A stretch of 62,036 bases of DNA, filler included, from Choristocarpus tenellus KU-1152 (lineage: Eukaryota > Protista > Phaeophyceae), in the NCBI GenBank assembly GCA_964200185.2. It is 9 parts of 9 records of this genome, joined end to end, with 100 filler letters (N's around TTAATTAATTAA, not from the genome) between each part and the next. Parts side by side here need not be neighbours in the genome. Positions count along the whole stretch, not along the records: positions 52,989 to 58,836 come from CAXNAD020009606.1; positions 58,937 to 62,036 come from CAXNAD020022335.1; 7 more parts are not named here. The stretch is one strand, 5' to 3'. Position numbers and translations under genes: made by a program. The notes beneath the pieces were generated by a model. That model was given only the letters and a program-made list of their open reading frames with translations, was not told where the DNA came from and searched no databases. Shown piece by piece: positions 53,175 through 62,036 of the stretch (position 1 is its first letter; each line of letters begins with the position of its first letter).

Positions 53175-56100
53175 GGACACTGCTGTACTGATGTGTGCTG
53201 TAGTATGATATGCACACCTTGCATGACGTGCCAGGTGCTGGGGGAGACGGAAGATAGGGGATCTGTGGTGGACCGTTGGAGCTTGAACACACATCGACCT
53301 GCCTTTGAGCAGCCATGGAAATTTGGTCTAGCCAATTACTGCGAGGACTGCCGCCACTGTGAGAGAAAAAAATAATAAAAGTAGTGCAATTTTACTAGTG
53401 ATGATGAATATCATAGGAAAGGAAGGAAATACGGATGTTTATATTTCATCTCTCTAGTGATGACAAAGATTATAGGAAAAGAAGAAAATGTGGATGTTTG
53501 TGTACGATTTTTTACATTTTTATGTAGTTTTAGTTTTTTCTGCACGAGGACCTACGGAAGTAAGGAGCTTTCACACTCTGGGGAGCTTTTTTTTTTTAAT
53601 GTAGAGATATTTTTTGTAAAGATTGTAGTTGGAAGCAGCGTGTGTGTGTGTTGAAGGGAATCCTGAGAGAACGATTTTAGTGGCTCTTATTTATTTATTT
53701 TCCTGCTTGTTTTGATGACGGTAGTCTTTTTATTTATTTATTTTGTGTTTTGGTGACCTTCCGCTCTGCAAGGAAGATTTGACTGTTTAATGCTGGATTG
53801 TTACACCGTCGGGGGTAACATATAAGGGGGCATTGCGTCATAACGCTGAGTGAATGCTTGTTTTCCTAGTAGGCAGGAAATAGGGGATTTTCAGGATTGT
53901 TCAATGGCCTGCTGACTAATGGAGCACTGTTTTTTTGTATTTTTGTATCACTATTTATCTCGTTTAAAATTGTGATCCTGCTTTGTCAATTGAAGATTTT
54001 GTGACAGTGGTTGACTGCCCTGCCGATGACAAGAAACTACTATTTTGGTGGTAAAATTGTACTGGTAATAGTAGCATTTTTCGTGAGAGTGTTTTGTCTC
54101 ATGTGCATTTCAAGTCAACAAGTCTGTTGGAGGATGATGAGGGTTAGGGTTAGGGTTGAGTGTGAGTTTCGCTGCTGGTTGGTGGATGGAGGCAGACGGT
54201 GGAAAGATGGAAAGACTTGGTTGAGGTTGGATTTTTGAGAGGAGGCGTTTCCCCTCCCTCTATATGGTGGTGTGATGGTACTATATATATATCTCATTGA
54301 GGACATTTTGCTGCCGAAAGACTTGGTACTGTATAGTGGTTGGTGCATGGTTGGTCCTTGAGGAGCATTCAAAAGCATTTTCGATGCTAATAGTATTATT
54401 AATTTCGGCAATAAAAAAAAAAAGACTGAAACTACGTTTTTTTCAATTGGAGGATGGTTTGAAGTATTTGAATTTTTCACCATTGTAATAGCATATCCTG
54501 GATGTGATGAGCAGGGCTTTTCATGAGCTCGAACTATATCCGACAGGTCTATTTTCATTCCACAAGGCCGGTTTAGTCGAGTTTCGTCTTAAAAGCGTAA
54601 ACATATCGTGCCGTGGCGATAGGACAATCTCCCACTGTGACTTGTCCTGTAACCTAGTGGTTGTAGTCTGCTCATCCTCCGGCTTAATACCTGAGTTCAA
54701 GTCTAACTTGAGATGATTTTTTTTCCATTTTCGGCATCACTCCCTGATTACTTTTGTACACCATTGTGGAGTGCAAAAAAACGCGTGGCATATGTTGGTC
54801 ATGGAGAAACGCCACCAGGCCTGAGTAGGCACGAAGGATTGGAGTCGTTTACGAAATGAATATAAATATATATTTTTTGAAATGATCAACATCGACAGAA
54901 CTGTATGTGACATAAAAAAGAATAAAAACACAGTAAGATGTATTGAATGTATGTACCATATGCAGTACATGTGTATATCGATGGAATACCTTCAATGCCA
55001 AACCAATTCACCGATCTCCTCAGTATATGTTTGGGAGGAATCTAAGATTCGACCTCAGTACCGTCGGTAAAAAATGGAACAATTTTATTGACAGCATTTG
55101 GTATAGTGAAATATGAGGGAGAAGGGTGTATTGCATGAAGTGGAGGGAGAGCTGAACCCTATGTGTGTGAGGCCAGGGACACATAAGGAGGTAGTGGTTG
55201 TAGTAGTCCTCTTAGCTATGTCGATCTTAATTCTTCAATGGCATCTTATTATTACCAAGGCTTATCCATCTTGGTGTACAACTACATAACTATTTATGTT
55301 TATTCTTGTAGATTCACCAGTCAACAAGAAGATTTTACCACCGCTATGGTGCATCAGCACTCACATATGGTGTATGTGTGTGTATGATGTTGCAGGATAA
55401 GAGCACTGTTATCAATGCAGTATCTGGATAGGTGAAGGGGCTTTTTCTCAAAAGATGAGATTTTTTTTAGTGAGATCTATGCACTGCATTAAAGATTCAA
55501 AAACAAAGTGTTCTGGAGCAGTGTGGTATCCAAGAGACAGTAGTAGTAGTAGTAGAAGTAGTGCTAATTGATCTGTTTCCTTTGACGGGGATGGATGTCT
55601 ACAGCATTGATCTGTACTACATTTGTTTTTTTTTAATGTATGTTCTTTGCTATTTCTTTGAGAAATTTATCAGAGATTTATCTAATACACCTTGGAAAGA
55701 CCGTAGTAGCTTTCCCCTAGATACTTGGTCACATTTGAACTATATTGACTGCCTCAATTTCCTATATAATGTTTATTGTGTTGTCCAGAATAGTGCTTAG
55801 TTCCACTTTCTTTTTTTTCTGCAAAGCGGTCTACTTCTTGTAATATAATGTACTGTATTATACTATATAATATTACTATTATTGTTGATATTTTGTTTGT
55901 TTCCTCGAATAGCCTCGAGCGTCGTTATGAATGTCTTGAAATAAAAAAAACCCCAATAATAATAACAATAAAATTAATTTGACGGAGAACTAAAGAAGAA
56001 GAGGTACGGTGGAAAGGATGAAGAGAGCGTGTCCATTTCCATCAACGCTACAATCTAGAATAATAAATATTTTCTCCACGATTTGGTTCGACTTTTTGTA

Positions 56101-58631
56101 TACAATAATAAAAAAGAGGTGCATTGTTGGATATTTTCATTAGAAATATTGTAATTGTATGTATCATACAGGAGTGGAACTTTTTTTTGTATTTTGAGTC
56201 TGGCAATGGTAGTCATAATGATAATGGTATTGATATTGATAATGATATTGATTGCAGGTGTGATGTTCTTCATTCATGACCATGTTACGTACTTGTACAA
56301 CTTAGGGTTATGGATAACCACAAATAGTTTAATGTGGACAGTTAGTTAGTTACGACCCATTGAAGGGAGGACTGCATATTGGATGTCAATGTTGATGGAG
56401 TCGTGTGGGTTTCAGAGGGAGGTGGAAGAGAAGAGGAACATGTTCAGTCACAGGAGGAACTTCATAATCGCCTGACTTGAATTCTGATTGGTTGTCTAGA
56501 ATGTACTTTTGCGCCAATGGGACTCCGATGATACACTGTACCAGCCTGCTGTTGTTGCACATATTTATATATAAAAATAGAAAAGAGAAAAAATGTCTTT
56601 TTTGTGTATTGATGTTTTGTGACAGGTATGTATGGCACATTCCTACCATGTTGTGCGCTGGGTACAATTAGGACGCAGTTTGATGATTCGGATTGCATAT
56701 TCAACTGCATCTGCCTCAATGCTTGGATAGCTCGGTCCATGATTCGACAAGGGTACAACATTGAGGTGAGTACATACATACATACATACATGATTCGATA
56801 AGGGTACAACATTGAGGTGAGTACATACATACATACATACATACATACATAAACAAACACATCAATAAAGTACTCCTGTGGTGGGAAAGAGGTGGGTCAA
56901 AATACCATAACACCGTCTTTTGGTGTACATCCCGAGTAGGGCCCCTTCTTTGTTCACAAGGAAAATGAATTACTTTTTCTGTTGAGCGTAATGTGAAATA
57001 ATGACTTTTTTTATTACGGATGAAATATCACCGTTCCCAAAGCATCAGAATAATATTTTGGAACAATATATGTATGTATATATTTTTGTGTTTGTGTTGT
57101 GTGTGTGTGTGTGCTGTTGAGTACGTAAATGTTGCCAAACGGTAACAGCATCTTTTTTCCTGATAAAGTCAGTCCCCACCCAAGCAGTAAATATATATAT
57201 ATATATCCTTGACGATATGAATTTCAGAACCGGTATGTAGTCATTTGTAGAGGGCTTCAATGATTGAAGAACAAGTCTAGGGGGAGGGGTTTTAGTGTAT
57301 GACACCTTGAGGGAAAGTAAAATAGTTGTCAGGCATACAGTGGTCAGCAGAGGACGGTAACCCAAAGACCATTTCTGGTTCTTGTGTACACCAATATACC
57401 ACAAGCTTAACCCGTTTTTTAAAATGAAAATGGTTCCGTCTGCTCGGAGAGTCTGTTCGATTTTTGAACAAAGTCATGCTCCAAAACATCCTACGACTTT
57501 AAAGTGATAAAAAAAATATGCCTCGAAAAAAAAATGATAAAAATTAATTCGAAAAGGGGGTATATATTTTAATTTTTATAATATTGGTAATGCAGTTTAC
57601 AAAAAGGGCAACATTTTGGGGCACGAACTCTTTTGTATTCTGAAAGAACCGAATCTGAAATATGCGTATGTTACGGAGGTGGGCTCCAAGCGTTGCATGC
57701 ATTGGACAACATAACGCTCAACAGCATCTATGGTACCTACCCTTGATTGACATTCCAGTTTTTAAACATGTATCATCTCGATCTGTATAATTTGTAATGC
57801 TTGTAGGTTGGTGATCTATGGGCAGTACAGAAATGCCCCTTAGAAATCCCTAATTTATTGTTTATTGTTTTACAGTTACCCTGAAAATAATGATTTTTAA
57901 AAATCTGCTTGATAGATACAGGAACTGTATGTTCCCTCTTAGGGCATATCCTCCCCTGGTGTTGAATCAAATATCAGAACACAAGTCAGTCGTGTGTAGT
58001 CTCTAAGAAAAAAATTTAACATTTTGGGCATATTTGGGATTTCTGGAAGGCGTTTCCTGTGACCGCCTGTGTATATCATGTAAGGAAGAGATCTCGTTCA
58101 AAACAAAAACTAGGCTTGTGTTGCTGACTCTTGATCCATGAAGTGGTAAGGACAGAGTGTCCAACATGGTTTTGGCTGTATTGTGGAAGATTAATGATTA
58201 ATGCTGTCCTGAAGTAAGGGAAGTTGGTTGGGAGCGTTGTATTGTGTTGAGGATGAAGTAGAAGGACTTGTTTGGCACTATCCACATGCAGTGGGGNNNN
58301 NNNNNNGGGTGGTTTTTGTGGGGGGGGAAGAGAGCGGTCTTTTTTTCCCCTTTCCCCCTGGGGGGGGGGGGGGGGGGGGGGAATGTTCTAAGGTTCAGTG
58401 GGCGACCTTCTAAAAACAAAATCTTCAATCTATCGATGCATCTCTCATCCATTGATACACGGGCGCCCTGTCTCCTTGTAATGTTTGCTTTTCCTTCTTT
58501 TTTTTTCCTTGCAGGGTTCACCAACAGCAGACTTCTGCCTTACATGCTGCTGCTACCCCTGCTCAGTGGTGCAGATGCTGAATGAGACACAACACAGGGG
58601 TCGTATCAATGTGGAGACCATAATTCGCTGA
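53175..58631 (+). CDS. Tandem PLAC8 (Cys-rich, cornifelin/PCR-like) domain protein, 3' exons
   Basis: Exons 53175-53358, 56626-56765 and 58515-58631 splice in phase: GHCCTDVCCSMICTPCMTCQVLGE...WKFGLANYCEDCRHCMYGTFLPCCALG...RSMIRQGYNIEGSPTADFCLTCCCYPCSVVQMLNE...stop. Confidence 0.88.
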
Positions 58632-60281
58632 AGATGGAATTAACAAGCACAATCCGTATGTATCCCCTCCTAAACCAAAGACAGAGACATAAATAAGGCA
58701 GAAAAGCTGAAGTACATTGAGTGCGCCGGGCATCACCCCCTGTTAGCTCTGGTAGCATTCAAGAGTTTCTAGTAATATGGAAGGCATTTCAAGTAAGTTG
58801 GTTGTGTGATGTGGGGTTTTTCTGTTTCTTCCCCCCNNNNNNNNNNNNNNNNNNNNNNNNNNNNNNNNNNNNNNNNNNNNTTAATTAATTAANNNNNNNN
58901 NNNNNNNNNNNNNNNNNNNNNNNNNNNNNNNNNNNNACTATGGTCGACACGGACAACCCATGAATTATAATTCAACGATACTAATCCCTCATTCGCTGAC
59001 CTCATCACTCTGCCACCAGAAACCGATGAATTTGAGAAAGTCCTGTGCGGTGTGTGGCAGGATCACAAAAGGAGGAACACAAACAATGTGAGTGCGGCAC
59101 AATTTCCAAGCATGTAAGCAACAACCACTCGAATATGTAAGGTGAACTATATGCGGTCGATGAAATTCGGCTGCACAGCCGTTGAACCCACTATTACACA
59201 TGCAGAACAAAAAGCCTTCGTTCACTAATACATACAACATGAAATCCTTCTGACTGAATCTGCCATTCGCCCAACCGCAGCGAACCAAGTCAGTTTCGCT
59301 TTCAGCAGATGAAAGACAAACCTTGATGGGTCACATATGTCTATTGTGCAGAGTTCGTACCTCCATAGAAATACTTGGGCAGACACGATGTGACTCGATG
59401 ATACGACGAACTCTGTTAGGATCCTCATCATATATGACATCACAGACGTTGCCCTCTCCTCCACAATGTTGCGTAAATCGGCACACAGGGTAAGGTCGAC
59501 TTCAGGGCGGTTCATACATTCACTGTGCTCTGGGACGCGAACCACAAGGCCGTCATCGAGTCCCTGCGGAACAGCGGCGGATTCAGCCACGGCTACAGGC
59601 AACAGGTAGGCAGGACGAGTGTGTTGACTCTAGGTAGGAAGGACCGTATCTGATCATTTTCATCGTCTTTGCCAAGATTTCAACGCTGTAACACCTTACT
59701 AGAAATAGGTCATTTTTTGGAGGGGAAATAGCTCCTGCCGAACAACATTGAATTCATCTAAACAAATTGCAAAAATATATTTCTATAGATGAAGTAGGGC
59801 GACAAATATTTTATTCATACATCTTTTCGATCGAAGAAACTGTTACTTTCAGGGCACACACTGCGCTTTCCACATTGATTCCGTCTATTTTCCACCAGAG
59901 ACCTCATGTAGAGCAAAGTTTGTTTCCGAAGCACGATCGGCCCCCATCATGGAACAGATATGATCCTAATGGTACCACAGGGTATCAGTCATTCTGGCAG
60001 GAGGAAATAAAAAGGCGTGTCCACTGACTGCAAATCTCTGTTGTAGACCCATCTCCTCTCAAATGTTTGAAATTGGCGTGTCCCTCCATCTTGTCCATTC
60101 CGTACATAGTGCCATTAGCATGTTTACGACAAAGGTTCCATGTTGACCTCACACTCGGTGGCGACTCTCGCTGCCCCCACCACCTTTATGTTCCGCGTGC
60201 TTCGCATCATATCGTGACGCCACCATCAACTAAGACATTATCCTCGTCCCTCCCCGTGCGTAGTTCCAGACACAGACGAGG

Positions 60282-61660
60282 ATGCAATACTTTGCCAGAA
60301 TGTGCACCGACCTATTGGGTGCCAAAGACCCTGGCATCCTCGGAGAGGACTCACCGCGAGGCTATAAGTGGAAGGATGTCGTTGAGGCAGCCGCTGCTAT
60401 GTTCGCGGAGAAGGCGGCGGAAAAGTTGCCAACTGAACTGCTCTCCCTGTCCTACGTGTCCGGGAAAGAAAGCTTTCCGGAAGAATGGGTAAGCCCCGAA
60501 ACCGCAAGGATTGTTCATAGACCCTATATACAGATGACTATCCCCGCACCGATCACTGCTCTGGCCACTGCATCATCCACAGCACATGCACAAAAACCGA
60601 AATTCTCACAACATACTCGGCATAGAGAGTCATTTGTTTTAACATCAAGATTTTCAATCTGATTTTCGATGTAACATATATTCAAAGCGCATGTTGTCAA
60701 AACAAAGCTATAATACGACACAACGGAATGAATTTTTGCTCCTTTATTGGTGTGATCGGTTGTGCTCAGCGTTCCTTACATCCCCAAAGTATACCGACAA
60801 TGTAGAACGAGTACGCATTCGTGCATACTGCTAATCGCCTTTTATGAGATAGATATCACATTCTGCACTCAACGACAGTACCTGATTATACGGCAAAGTA
60901 TTACACTGAGGAAGAAAATGCCCACAATATCCTACTTCTGTCCCTCGCCACTCCATATGCAATTCGCCTCCTTCAGTTTTCGAGAACACTCAAGGGTGTC
61001 CGTCCCAAGAAGGAGCACACCAACCAGGCAAAGAAACCTTCCTCGAAAGGGAAGAATAAAGGCAACGAAAAAACTATGAAGGGGGTCAGCCCCTCCGACG
61101 GAAACACAGACCAACTCCCATTTAGCAGCCAGAAACAGGAACTCGCATACACCAAACGTATTCACATGAAGGAAGTCTTCATCGAGAAGGCTGTTCTGGA
61201 GGTGGCAGTGCAGAAGATGAAGGAACTCAAGCTCCAATATGAGCTCGGAATCGACCCCACTGTGACAGGGAATCCAAACCCTCCATCTACGGAGGAAACT
61301 GCGAAAGAACCATATATTCTATCAGAGGAGGTAATTAGTACCATGTGTTGACGTTTTTACACTCTCGACTTTCTCGCCTGAGTGCGTTCTTTTTAAAATC
61401 TTATATTACCCTTATGCGTATTAGGTAGGACTTACACGGACTCTGGTACCAACTTAATTGACATCTGCGCGCTCTAACGAACCCGTTCTTACTTCTTACG
61501 TACACCCCACCCCTGTGATTCAAAGGTTGGAAGCAGATTGATGATGAAAGGTGTTGAAAAAGGTGACATCTTCCTGAAGATTGTAGAAGGCTCCGAGGGT
61601 ATTGCCCTCCCGAAAGGACTAGGAGGTGAGGTCAAGCAACTCGAAATACACGTTTCATGA
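60282..61660 (+). CDS. Hypothetical spliced gene, unknown product
   Basis: Exon-like frames 60282-60488 (|gtaag), ~61125-61330 (|gtaat) and ~61525-61660 ending in TGA, with protein-like composition. No family recognised. Confidence 0.4.
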
Positions 61661-62036
61661 AATGATGATAAATGGAGCAGCGATTGAGCATCAATGCATT
61701 TAATACTGCTATTGCGAAGAAGTACCGTCAGACCTGAAATGGGTTTAGTCAAGAGTGTCATAAGGTATTGACACGCAACCTAGTCTACCATTTCTATGAA
61801 TGGATAATGTTATAGAACCCATTCCCTTTCTTTCTTTGTAGATAGCACTGACACATGCACGACTCTCGTCTGTTTCCCACCCCCCTGAAATCTCAAAAAG
61901 TCAAAGATAACCATAACGATGTCGTGCAAGAGAAGCTCGAAACTCGTTCTAACTGCCCCATATATAAGTATGTTCTATGTACATGTTCCTCACTTCCCGC
62001 ACAAAAATAAGTAACGAGTTCACCTTAAGGACACTT

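Noticed and set aside
54140-54157. (TTAGGG)-like telomeric repeat
   Set aside because: Only about 3 units in an intron; too short to be meaningful.

Overview
Intron-rich, TE-rich eukaryotic scaffold with short GT-AG exons, kb-scale introns, microsatellites and N-gaps carrying an artificial TTAATTAATTAA spacer. Gene content and structure suggest a photosynthetic stramenopile such as a brown alga (inference). Spliced genes I can reconstruct: a PLGG1/LrgB-family transporter (minus, runs off the left end), an atypical SDR/NAD(P)-binding protein, an ankyrin plus RING-like protein, a tandem-PLAC8 protein and several unknown ORFs. The highlight is a plus-strand gene at ~28.5-38.9 kb. It joins an N-terminal stonustoxin-type MACPF/CDC-like pore-forming domain to an array of MORN-like repeats built from a repeated cassette of phase-0 exons. 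Mobile DNA: about 18 copies of two related MITE families with shared TIRs and mixed 3/4-bp TSDs, an internally deleted pogo-like element, a DD39D mariner pseudogene, a hAT transposase pseudogene, a 210-bp tandem repeat and a tRNA-derived fragment. All family assignments come from motif recognition by eye, not database searches.
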